NCBI GenBank assembly: GCA_043228905.1
Contig: JBHGNT010000018.1
Location: forward strand, 1,302,001 to 1,366,000
Reading direction: 5' to 3'
Source of the DNA: Azolla caroliniana
Taxonomy: Eukaryota; Plantae; Polypodiophyta
Length of the DNA stretch: 64,000 nucleotides
A program made the translations under genes and the position numbers. This document shows positions 38,532 through 49,744 of the stretch, one piece after another. A model generated the notes under the pieces. It was given only the letters and a program-made list of their open reading frames with translations, did not search any database and had not been told where the DNA came from. Positions within the stretch are counted from its first letter, which is position 1. Each line of letters starts with the position of its first letter.

Positions 38532-41500
38532 AACATGTTCGTGTTCACAAGTGGAAGGATCGCGCATTCCACTTGTAGAATCTTCTTGAAAATATCCAAA
38601 TATACCCTCTCTACAAAAATTGGATGCACTAATACGAGTGGAGATCATTAGAAATTCAAATAAGTTTGGATGTGTTGATAAGTTAATGTAGGCATAATAA
38701 AGTTCAACAATGGCTCAATATCTCACTAATGTGCGACATGGGAAACACTAAGTTAAAGACTTATATTAATTTGGTAATGTGAAGTGTTACAAAAATATGA
38801 GGTGTACTTGTAACCATACTAATAAAATGAGTTATAATTTATACTTTGACCCATACTCGCATGTATATATAATTGTGGACAATGTAGGATAGTGAACTTT
38901 AGGATAATGTGATTGGAATAACAAACTTATTAAGGTATTTAATACTTGTATTTAAAGTTGATCTAATCTATTCCTCAGTTTGTTCATATGGGATCAAACC
39001 ATATGTATATAATTGTGGACAATATAAGACAATGAACTTTAGGATAATGTGATGGAAATAATAAACCTATTAAGGCTTTCAATTTGTATTTAAAATTGAT
39101 CTAAGATTCTATTCCTTACGTGTTTCACACGGGATCAAACTCCGAACGATAACGCTAGTGGAACTACAAGCGTATAAAAACATGCGGATAACGCTAGTGG
39201 AACCATTATCAACACACTACACAATCTAAGCAGCAATGGAAGAGAAACATAATAGTTTTAACAATAGAAGACAAAGATCCATAATATATGGATTGGTATA
39301 TATTAGACACGGAATGACAATCTCAACTATTGATCGCAAATAACAACATGGACAATCATGGCAACAATTCTACGAGCATGTTATGTTAAGGTAAAGTTTG
39401 TCCAAAATTAGCCTTAATTTAAACTAATTCATGTTTCTCCATTTTGGTAGTCAGCTATGGATGCGGTGAAACAAACCAATGTCATAAGTCTACAAACCAA
39501 GTATATAGAAATAAAATTGAAACATATAGAAGATTATAAAGAATGGAATACACCAAGTAAAACCCAAAATTTGTATTAGTAATGTGAATTCCAAACAATA
39601 CATTTCGTGAACAAAAGAGTCTATTACATAGGAATCAAATCGTCAATGTCATTTTCTTCTTCATCCTGTATAGAAGTCTCTTCGGCTATACGTGCATTGT
39701 CTTCCCCTGTTAGCCGAGCCAACAAAATATCTTTTATAAGCTCGTCATCAAGCTCTATTAGCTCCCCCGGTTCCCTAGCTAACGGAGGAATAGGCTCTCG
39801 TGAAGCAGGTTGAAACCTTTCGGTATCAGCGAGGTTCTTGTACCGACCTCCTCGTCTTGGTTTGGGCACTCCCACAAAGCCTTAATACTCATGTTTATAA
39901 ATATAACTTGCTCCTCATCCTTCTCCAATGCAACTGTGTTTCTAAAGAGCTTCAATGCACATGTAGACATTGTACCTGTGAAGAAAGCAACAAGAAGATT
40001 TAGTTTTCAAACAAAAAAGATTCAGTATTGGTTATCTCAAGATCGTTAACCTAGTTCGAGGAGTACCTGTGCCAGAAAAGAGGTCTAATATCCAATCTCC
40101 TTCGACAGAAAACATCTCAATCAAGCGCATCATAAGTCGTTGAGGTTTTTGGTATGGGTTGAGAAGTCCCCGTTCTGTCGTGGTGACATGTCGCAATTTC
40201 TGTGTCACTTTTGGATATATCAACAGATTTGAACCTCCGACTTCATTAGAATGCTCCTTGATTCTTTGTTTCTTTATTTCATCGAAGTAACCAACCATAA
40301 TGTATTCAATGGCATTTATGAACCGAAAGGTTGGCCCTTTATTGACATTGGTTTTCATCCTATAACAAATATTGCATTGAGTTAAGAATAGATTGAACAA
40401 TCTTAAGAAAGGCAATATAGTGAATGAGACTTATAAATAATCCTTACCATGCCAGGTTCTCGATTCCATGGCAACGAGATCTCAAATCTTGAGCTACCGA
40501 GTACCCTTGGTTCATACTATGAAAGACAACTATCCTCCACAAGGATGCAGTGGTTAGCTCAACAAAATCCTTGACCATCTTCTCTAACTGTTTGAACCTA
40601 AACGGTTCATCGTCGTATGATGACCCTGCCATTCAAAATCCATATGGAATATCAACAATCATTAGCGTATATTCCTTCTTTGGCACTTTTTGGATCATGT
40701 CAACGACATCGCCGCAAATCACGTTGTAGTAAAGATCTCTCGTAATATCCTTTTTGTGGCTAAATTTTTTGAAGGAGCCATCTTCCTCAATTTTGTACGC
40801 CTTGACTAAGCGTCGATCCTTTTCTTTTCTGGCTCTCTCAAGATGTGCAAGGAAGGATGTCGGGAAATCATGTATATCCTTAACTTCTCCTTGTTTCTTG
40901 CCACGACACGGTTTCTAATAGAAGCAATAAGACATCAAATATTATTACACAACCTCTACATATGAGGAAAACTTAATGAAAAACACCAATACTAACCCAA
41001 TCCTTGAATGCAATAAAATACTCGGATAACACCTTATATGAAGACGTTAGAGGATAACCCTTGGTCACTTGTTCCCACTTTATGCATCCAAGTTGTTTCA
41101 TCATAACTTCTTGGATCTTCATGTACACCTTATGACTGTGAAATTAGAAAACAAGATTAGAACTTTCAATTGCACCATATTGAATTCAATATCACTATTT
41201 GAAAGACTTACTTATTGAACTCAGTGACAATTTCTTCAAGGCTTAAATATTTCGCCACAACCCTTGTCAAAATAGACACAAGAAGCTGCTCATCCTTAAT
41301 ACCTTGCATCGCTCTCCACAGAGACAACTTCATGTCGTCAGCCATTTCTTCAATTGTTAAATCGATTTTCTTGGCCGCTTGTGACTTTAATTCTAGTTGA
41401 GGGTCTACCTTACATTTCTTTTTTCATTGACCTTTGACCTCATTATTCTCCCACATTCAGAAGATTTGATCTTGTAGGTCCCATACTTCTCCATCTCTAA

Positions 41501-41635
41501 AGGCAAGTTGAAACCAAGACTCATATTTCCGAAGACCATCCGACTTAACATTATCATCCACCACAATGCTGACCTCATGAAGGCATTGACGTCGTAGGCC
41601 GGTGTGTAGCTTCACACCAAACTTTTGTATGACGT

Positions 41636-42740
41636 TGTCGTGAAGATCCATCACTACGCGCGGATCGTGAAGCGGAACCGCCGGGGTTCTGGACCAGAAG
41701 GATTTAGAGTCGATACAAGCTTTGGCGAGAAAGTACTTAAGATAGATTGGGAAAGAGAGAAGTTGAGATTACACGATTGAGAGAGATTGATTGAACTTTT
41801 AACTTTAGATTTAAGAAGCAAGTTACACGATCAATTTGATAACGAATTTCTTCCTCTTAATTTTCATAAAAAAAACCGTGTCTTTTCTCCTCCCCCTTCC
41901 CTCTTTTATAGATGCTCTCATGCATATGATGCATGTGAGGGTACAAAACATGCATAAATTGCATGTTTGCCATTTGGCGCTTATGTATTATATGTGGTGC
42001 ATGATAACCATGTCACTCATTTTAGCTCTCATGTATGAGAATTTACATGTAAAAGTACAATGATAGAAATATAATTTCAACTAAATAGCATGGCTTAATG
42101 GTAAGCCAATTGACTCCTAACTTGGAGGTACAAGGTTTGAATCCTTTCTTGCCCTCCTTGTATATGTAAATATGTATATATATTTATATATTTATTTATC
42201 TAGTCGCCGGATACCATCGCCGGATACCGGTGCCGTCGCTAGATGCCGTCGGATGCCGTCGGTTACCGGTGCCGTCGCCGGATGCCGGCACCGTCGCCGG
42301 ATGCGGTCGGATTGCCGTCGGATGCGGCCGGATCACCGGCTCCATCGCCGGTCCGGTTTTGGTTGGCCAAAACCCTTTATGAGTAGTTAGCCCACCTCCA
42401 CTCTTAGTTCAAGTTACCTTGAACTCTCTATGCTCCACACATAGACACAAAGATAATATCTTTTGCTCCACCTTATATATGATGAGAGCTGTATTTGTCG
42501 TGCCTATGTGGGATATCTCACAATTTTCTCCTTTCCTTTTACAAACTTTATACCCTCATATCTTGACATTTAGTTGTCCGTTTCTCGTGTAATAAAGTGC
42601 ATTCGAAACCTCCATCATTTTGTACTTAGATATTAAATCTATTTAAAATGTTATCTTCACAATTATTGTACTACGTGATTCATACTCGATTTCGTACGTT
42701 TTATGGGATTTTCACACTATTGCCGAAAATCTTCACGACA
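41636..42740. mobile_element. Solo LTR related to the gypsy B LTRs
   Basis: Termini TGTCGTGAAGAT..ATCTTCACGACA. 4-bp TSD ACGT. Shares CATGCATATGATGCAT and GCCATTTGGCG blocks with the B LTR. Removing it restores the frame M-D-V-I-Q-K. Confidence 0.9.
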
Positions 42741-44480
42741 ACGTCCATGTATTCATGGTGGAAGAACCTTATCCGTTCAATAGATGACATTTTTTGCCTA
42801 TAGTTGTTGTCGTTGGTGTGGTCCCATGCCAAAAGGTTTGCCTCTTCAGTTGTGAGGCCCACATATATTTTGCATTCGGCATACTTGAAGAAGAAAGTCG
42901 TTGGATGCTCTCTAACAAGTTGCCTGCGTGCCTCAGCCGAATGTGATCCACCAATTACAAAGTAATTGTATTGATCATGCTTTCTCACGTCGAAGGCCTC
43001 AGTTGTGGAACATTCTTCGGGATCTACCATCACAATGAAAGGGACAATTGTAGCATGCGGATTTATTTTCATTTTTTTCTTGAGATTCTGAACATGCATC
43101 CAGTGTGGCTCTTTGATCTCAAGTGGTCTTCGTCCTGTTTTTTCATCTACAAGGGGCCGATGGATGTGTGTTATAGGAAAATTAAACACTTGCGCTTTTC
43201 TCACCAGTTTATGCTGCATTAACTCTCTATGTATCTTATTCTGTTCGGATGACAACACACCAGATGCCAGCTTAGGACCTGGCGTCCCTCTAGTGTCCTC
43301 ATCTTCTGTTGAGCTTGATGAGTCGGAGTCCGACATTTTAGTGGTCTTCTTTTTTGCTGGTCTTGATTGCACTTTAGATGCCCTTTTTGGGGCCTTCACT
43401 AGGGAGGGAAAGGGCTCCCTTAGAGTTACATGGCCTTGTATATAAGGCCTCAAGGTGACAATAAGGTTTTGTGAGCTTTGTAAATCTTTTTTAAAAGACT
43501 CTGGACCACAAGATTCCTTTACTAGTCGATCTTCAGAAAGGTACGCTTTACGTACCCCCTTTGAGTACTCTATCATTATAAGAATGTTGGTTGAATCTAA
43601 ATCTTCATAGTCAAATTGTAGAATACGGCCAAACATAAATGCGATGTCATTTTCAAGCTGACTGTCGCCCTTCTTCTTTGATGTATACAACACGACTTTT
43701 TTCTTGGAGTTGACGTACTGCATACACCATTCCTTGTCCGTTAGATCACGGTCAGGAAGGGCCTCACCACCAGAAGCAGCTAACATTTTCTTTTGGCTAA
43801 CATCATCAGATGGTTGAGATTTTGTCTCCTTGTTGAAGAGAAACTTTTTTCCTCTCTTCATGTTTTGAGGAACTATTTGTTTCTGGGTCTCAATTGGAGA
43901 GCCTTGAATCCGGAGCTTTATTTTCTTCACAGGTCGGTCCGACAAGTTCTCAAATGACCTATTTAAGAAAGGACATGCGAAAATATAAGTTAGGTGGTTG
44001 CCTAGATTAAGTTGCATATTAAAATATACATAAGTAGACCAAGACAAAAACTAGCAGGTGATTTGTGCTAAAATCTAAATATCAATCATACTTTTTGTGA
44101 ACATAATAGAGCTTTATTGTGAATTTAAATCTAGTAAGGGCTATTCAACTTCGAATATTATATATCTTAATAATTATACAAGGATATGTCTCATATTGGA
44201 GGGTAGGTATGGCTTATATTGATTCCATATCCCATATTGTTGAGAATTTTAATACGATAGACTTGAATTTGGTATCATAAAGGTAATTCATGGGTTATTT
44301 TCTATTATTTAAAGCTATTATAGGTCATAAAACCTTTTTAAGTAAGGTCGCTAAATGTTACAAAATGTAGCAAATGTCACTTAAAAAGTCTGAATTGGAC
44401 ATAAAATTGGTATCTTTTCACACATATACCAATTTGTTCCCCCAAAGACACAATATTCCTATTTAAAGTTTGTGTTTTAT

Positions 44481-47400
44481 ACAGTAACTCGATACGGCGT
44501 ATTTAAACAGGAACTTGATACGGCGTATCGAGTTTTTGTATAAAACACATACTTTACACAAGAACTCGATACGGCATATCGAGTTCCTGTATGTAATACA
44601 AAATTTAAACACACCAGATATGGTGTATCGAGTTCCTGTATATAACACAAACTAATAACAGGAACTTGATACGCCGTATCGGGTTCCTGTATAAAACACA
44701 AACTTTATGTCACGGATCATAAACTCAAGAGACAACCAAGAAGATAACCAAATGGACAAGAAAGAAGATAGTACTAAAAGAAAGACTCCATAACTGGTGT
44801 TGTTCACCTTGAATTCCTTCAAGGTGAACTCCTCTATTTATACTACATGGCATGCATACTTGTTGCACGCATGTGAATCTACAATAGAGCATGTAGGTAT
44901 GCATGCATGTGCCAAGTGTAAATACTACAAGGGAGCAACTATGCACATGATGCTAGCAAAATAATAAGGACCAATTACATACATAACTAGTACTAGATAT
45001 CTTGGTTAACTCATAATAGTAGATTATAACATGGTCATGTCAAGAGTTCGAATCTTGACATTATCCCCCCTCTTACGCCGCCTTCCCAAATCGGCCGCTG
45101 GTTTGTGGGGATATCGGTGATGAAAATCTTGGACGACCTCTGGGGCATTTTGTAAATTTGCCGATGGTTCCCATGTGGCCTCAGACATGGGGTAACCCCT
45201 CCATAGGACGAGGTATTGCAAGTGTCGACGGTGCCAACGCGAGTCAAGGATTTGGTCGACCTCGTATTCCTCCCCTGTCGTCAATTGCACAGGTGGTGGT
45301 GGTGGGGCTTGACGTCCTGGGAGTTGTGAAGCATAATGGGGTTCGAGGAGGGAGACATGAAAAACATCGTGAATCCGGAAGTGGGATGGAAGGGCGAGCC
45401 GGAAGGCGACGGGATTGATGCACTCGATGATACGGAATGGTCCCAACTTCTTGCAATCAAGTTTCGCACATGGACGAGTAGTAGAGATGTGTCGACGTAA
45501 CAACCAGACCATGTCTCCAACGACAAAGTGTGGAGTGGAAGATCGATGGCGATCAGCCTGCTTCTTGTATCGTTCATTAGCAAGACTAAGCTCCAAGGAT
45601 AAATCATGATGTACTTCTTCCAAAATGCGGGCACGATCCTCCGCCGAAGGGTTCACGGAAGTGGTAGGAAGGGAAATGTTGAAGCGAGGATGTAAACCAT
45701 AGGTGGCAAAGAAGGGAGTGACGCTAGTCGATGCATGGAGAGAATTATTGTAGGCGAATTCCGCGAGCGAAAGTAAGTTGACCCAATCATCTTGTTGGTA
45801 ACTAACCGAGCACCGAAGATACTGCTCAAGGATTTGGTTGACACACTCCGTTTGCCCGTCAGTTTGGGGGTGATAAGCAGAGGACAACTTGACAGAGATG
45901 CCTAAAGTTTGTAGCAGGCGCTGCAAGAAGTGAGAGACAAACTGGGGTCCGCGATCCGAGATGACATCATCGGGGAGTCCATGCAAGCGTACTACATTGT
46001 TGAGTAGGAGATGCACCATTCCTTCTCCGCAAATGGTTTTGGAGCATGGAGTGAAGTGAGCCATCTTCGTAAACCGATCGACAACGACCAACACCGAGTC
46101 ATAGCTATTGACCAAGGGTAGATCAGTTATCAGGTCCATAGAGATAGAGGCCCAAGGACGACGAGGACATGGAAGCGGCTGTAGTAAGCCGTATGGCCGA
46201 TGATGAATGGCTTTGGAGCGAGCACAAACCTCACAACTCTTTATGTATTCTTTGACCAGCTTCCATGGTTGTGGCCACCAATACCCCCGAGAGATTAGCT
46301 CGAGGGTTTTCGCGACCCCGAAATGACCTGCAAGTGGGTCATCGTGGCATTCCCGCAACACCCGGGTGCGACATGGGCCCTTTGGGACGTATAAGAGATG
46401 ATCTCGGAACAACAAACCCTCTTGTATGGTGAAGGTGTCAAGATCCTTCCTTTTGGTCGCCTTGGAGGGGTTTTGCAGACTGTCTCGAATCTCGTTGGCG
46501 AACGCATCGGTCTTGGATGCATCAGTGATTTGTTGGAGTAAAGAATCATCCTGCAACATACAAGTGGCAAACAGATGCAATTGGTCGGGTTTCAACAAAT
46601 GTCTAGATTGTTGAGCATAAACAGCATCCCCAGGGCGGAGTGCAAGGTCAGCTCGGCGAGAAAGGGCATCAACCTTCCCATGTTGGCCACCAGGTCGAAA
46701 TACGATCTCAAAATCGTAGTCGGCGAGAAATGTAGACCAACGGGCCTGCCTTCGATTCAAAGTACGAGTGGTGGAAAAATAAACTAAATTTTTATGATCA
46801 GTCATTACCTGGACACGATGTTGTGCGCCGGCCAAGTAGGGTCGCCATTCTTCAAAGGCAGCAATGATAGCAGCAAGCTCCTTGTCGTAAATGGGATAAT
46901 TGATTTCGGATGCCGTAAATTTTCGGGAATAGTAAGCCACTGGGTGCATTAGGTTGTTGTCGTCTGCTTGGGATAAGATGGCGCCAATGGCAAAGTCAGA
47001 GGCATCGGTTTCGACTTGGAAGGGTTTTGTGGGGTCGGCATGTAGCAGCACCGGGGCAGTGATGAATGCGTGTTTGAGTGAGTCGAACGCATTTTGTGCC
47101 TCCGAGGTTCATAAAAATGGAGTGCCTTTATGGGTGAGAGCGATAAGAGGTTGTGCTAGGGTGGAAAACCCCTTGATGAAGCGACGGTAAAAATTCGCTA
47201 AGCCGAGGAAGGATTGCACATCTTTAAGTCGCCTTGGAGTCGCCCACGCCTGAATGGCAGAGACCTTCTTCATATCCATGGTGATGCCAGTGGGCGAAAT
47301 GATGTAGCCCAGAAATTCGATCGAGGTACGGTCGAACTCGCATTTCTCGCCTTTGGCATAAAGGCCATGCTCGCGAAGTTTGGCCAGAACTAATCGGACT

Positions 47401-48718
47401 TGGCGAGTGTGCTCCTCCATGTTTGGCGAGAAAATGAGAATATCATCGAGGTAAATGACAACAAAAAGATCAAGATATTCCTGGAAAATATCGTTCATCA
47501 TATGTTGAAAAACTGCGGGAGCGTTAGTAAGACCAAAAGGCATTACCTTGTACTCGAAATGCCCATACCGTGTTCGAAATGCGGTTTTCCATTCATCCCC
47601 CGGCTTGATGCGTACTAGATTGTACGCGCCACACAGATCAACTTTGGAGAAGACACGCGCAACTCGGAGCCGATCAAGGAGTTCGGGGATCAGAGGTAGC
47701 GGATAGCGGTTGCGCACAGTGAGTTTGTTGAGACCTCGGTAGTCGACGCATAAGCATAGAGAGCCGTCCTTCTTCTTCACAAATAAAATGGGGGGCCCGG
47801 TTGGTGACTTAGAAGGTTGAATAAAGCCTTTCTCGAGGTTCTCATCAAGATACACACGAAGGGCCTTCAACTCTGGTGCAGACAACGCATATAGAGGACC
47901 AAAGGGTGGACACACACCTTCTTGAAGATCAATCAGACAGTCGTAGAGCCGGTGTTCAGGCAACCGATCAGCATTACATTTTTCAAATACGTCGGAGAAG
48001 TGTTGGTATTTTTCGGGAATAACATGGAGTGTGTTAGAAATGGCGCCACAAACAAACCCATCCTGGACGGATGATGGGGTAGTCAATTCGGAGTCGACCG
48101 TCTCCGAAGGATAGGAAACTGAATTTCCCTTCATACTTTTGCATGAGCATCTTGGCTTGCTAAATGTGATCGAGCGGTTGCACCAATCCACTATTGGATT
48201 GTGCGCCTCCAACCACGTTAGTCCTAAGACGATCGGATGTCGAGGAGATGCGATGAGGTAAAAGGTGAACAAACTGTCACGGATCATAAACTCAAGAGAC
48301 AACCAAGAAGATAACCAAATGGACAAGAAAGAAGATAGTACTAAAGGAAAGACTCCATAACTGGTGTTGTTCACCTTGAATTCCTTCAAGGTGAACTCCT
48401 CTATTTATACTACATGGCATGCATACTTGTTGCACGCATGTGAATCTACAATAGAGCATGTAGGTATGCATGCATGTGCCAAGTGTAAATACTACAAGGG
48501 AGCAACTATGCACATGATGCTAGCAAAATAATAAGGACCAATTACATACATAACTAGTACTAGATATCTTGGTTAACTCATAATAGTAGATTATAACATG
48601 GTCATGTCAAGAGTTCGAATCTTGACACTTTAAACAGGAACTCGATATGGCATATCGAGTTCCTGTATATAACACAAACTAATAACAAGAACTCGATACG
48701 CAATATCGAGTTCTTGAG
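44481..48718. repeat. Array of ~7 x ~50-bp units with a 33-bp palindrome core, split by the chromovirus (44481-44707 and 48633-48718)
   Basis: Consensus ACAGGAACTCGATAC-GGC-GTATCGAGTTCCTGT, separated by similar 17-19-bp A-rich linkers. Confidence 0.85.
44708..48627 (-). mobile_element. Gag-less Ty3/gypsy chromovirus (Tcn1/Tf-like)
   Basis: 353-bp LTRs 44708-45060 and 48275-48627. TSD CTTTA. PPT 45061-45073. RT (YLDD), RNase H (ETDASD), integrase, GPF motif and chromodomain (EYEVDQILDSR...YLVLWRGY...TWEP). Confidence 0.94.
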
Positions 48719-48912
48719 TGCTAAAACATATTTACAAAAATGTCCATATTGCCAGGCGCTTACCTGGATTCTTGGCACTCAATTTTCTTCGAAGACATGA
48801 TTCTTGTTGTCGATGCTTACGGGGAGATGACGATTTGGTGTTGTGTGCTATGGGCTATTTGTGCTCTGTGTGCTCTGTTCTGCACGTGAGTGATTGCGAA
48901 ATGAGGTCTTCC

Positions 48913-48920
48913 TATTTATA
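48913..48920 (-). promoter_or_regulatory. Putative TATA box of the ParB-MTase gene
   Basis: Minus strand CCCTATAAATAGG, ~115 bp upstream of the ATG at 48798. Confidence 0.5.
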
Positions 48921-49114
48921 GGGATTGACCACTGTGGTTAAAGTAACCACAATTACTTTAACCAGGGTTGGTAAGCTTAAGGTTAGTTAGTTAGACCTAA
49001 GAAAGAGTTTCTTTGACCTTAGGACACTTTTTTCTTAGACCTTAGTACACTTTATTTAGTACATAATCTTGAATGTACCAATCATGACTCTCTAATGGAT
49101 TTGAATTAAATGAT

Positions 49115-49415
49115 GCTTATGAATAAATCAATGATTAAATACTCAAACTGACATATTAATGATTATTTTATACTCAAACAAACATACAATGCCTTTGAAG
49201 GTCATAAAGAAAACAATGATAGAGGTTCATGAATGAACCAATGATTGAATACTCAAAGCAACATTTTTATGACTCTCTAATGTTTTGTATTAAAGATGTG
49301 ACCATGAATGAACCAATGATTGAAAAGGCTTATATTTAAAATGGTGGGCATGAATGAACCAATGATTGAGAAGTTCTATATTAAATATGGGTGCCATTAA
49401 TTAACCAATGATTTT
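49115..49415. repeat. Five dispersed ATGAATGAACCAATGATTGA-like (CCAAT-containing) repeats between the two divergent element genes
   Basis: Copies near 49119, 49229, 49304, 49350 and 49396. Confidence 0.65.
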
Positions 49416-49744
49416 AACTTTAAACCAACATTTATATGGCTTGGTAATGATTGTAATTATATTATACTTCATGGCTAAAGTAAATTTAATTTAAATTATA
49501 TATTATAGGATTACTAAGGTATAAAATATAATTGATTCAACTTTATACTGACTAGTTTAAGTAATTATTAATATGTTGAATAAAATTATTATATTAAAAA
49601 TAATATCTTTATTTATTGTATTAATATAATATTAAATAATATAGACATTATATTGAGGGAGCTTCTGTTTGGAGAGGAGTTTATGTTTAGAGAGGAACTT
49701 AGCCCAAGCATATAACTTGAAGAGCTCTGTGTGGACCTTAAGCC

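Larger units (their letters stand above)
39624..48798 (-). pseudogene. Spliced ParB/Srx-like domain + beta-class N6A/N4C DNA methyltransferase gene. Exons 48798-48764, 43958-41212 (solo LTR inside), 41135-40997, 40914-40448, 40359-40067, 39975-39624
   Basis: Phase-compatible GT-AG exons. ParB-like HVQNLKKKM...PFIVMV...YFVIGGSHS...IYVGLTTEEANLLA. MTase NVICGDVVDMIQKVPKKEYTLMIVDIPY, W.K...EYIMVGY, NPYQKPQRLMMRLIEMFSVEGDWILDLFSGTGT...RNTVALEKD. Three TGA stops and a 3' frameshift. Confidence 0.85.

Noticed and set aside
38861-39205. ~140-bp duplication and GATAACGCTAGTGGAAC pair near the left end of the Sola-like element
   Set aside because: Simple local duplications with no counterpart at the right end; no function can be supported.
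39624-44047. Bacterial or phage contamination as the source of the ParB-MTase
   Set aside because: The gene has five spliceosomal introns, plant LTR insertions and CpG-type decay, and lies inside a TSD-flanked element within a plant gene.
44481-48718. CRISPR-like array (palindromic repeats with spacers)
   Set aside because: Spacers are short and similar to one another, there are no cas genes, and the context is a eukaryotic intron.
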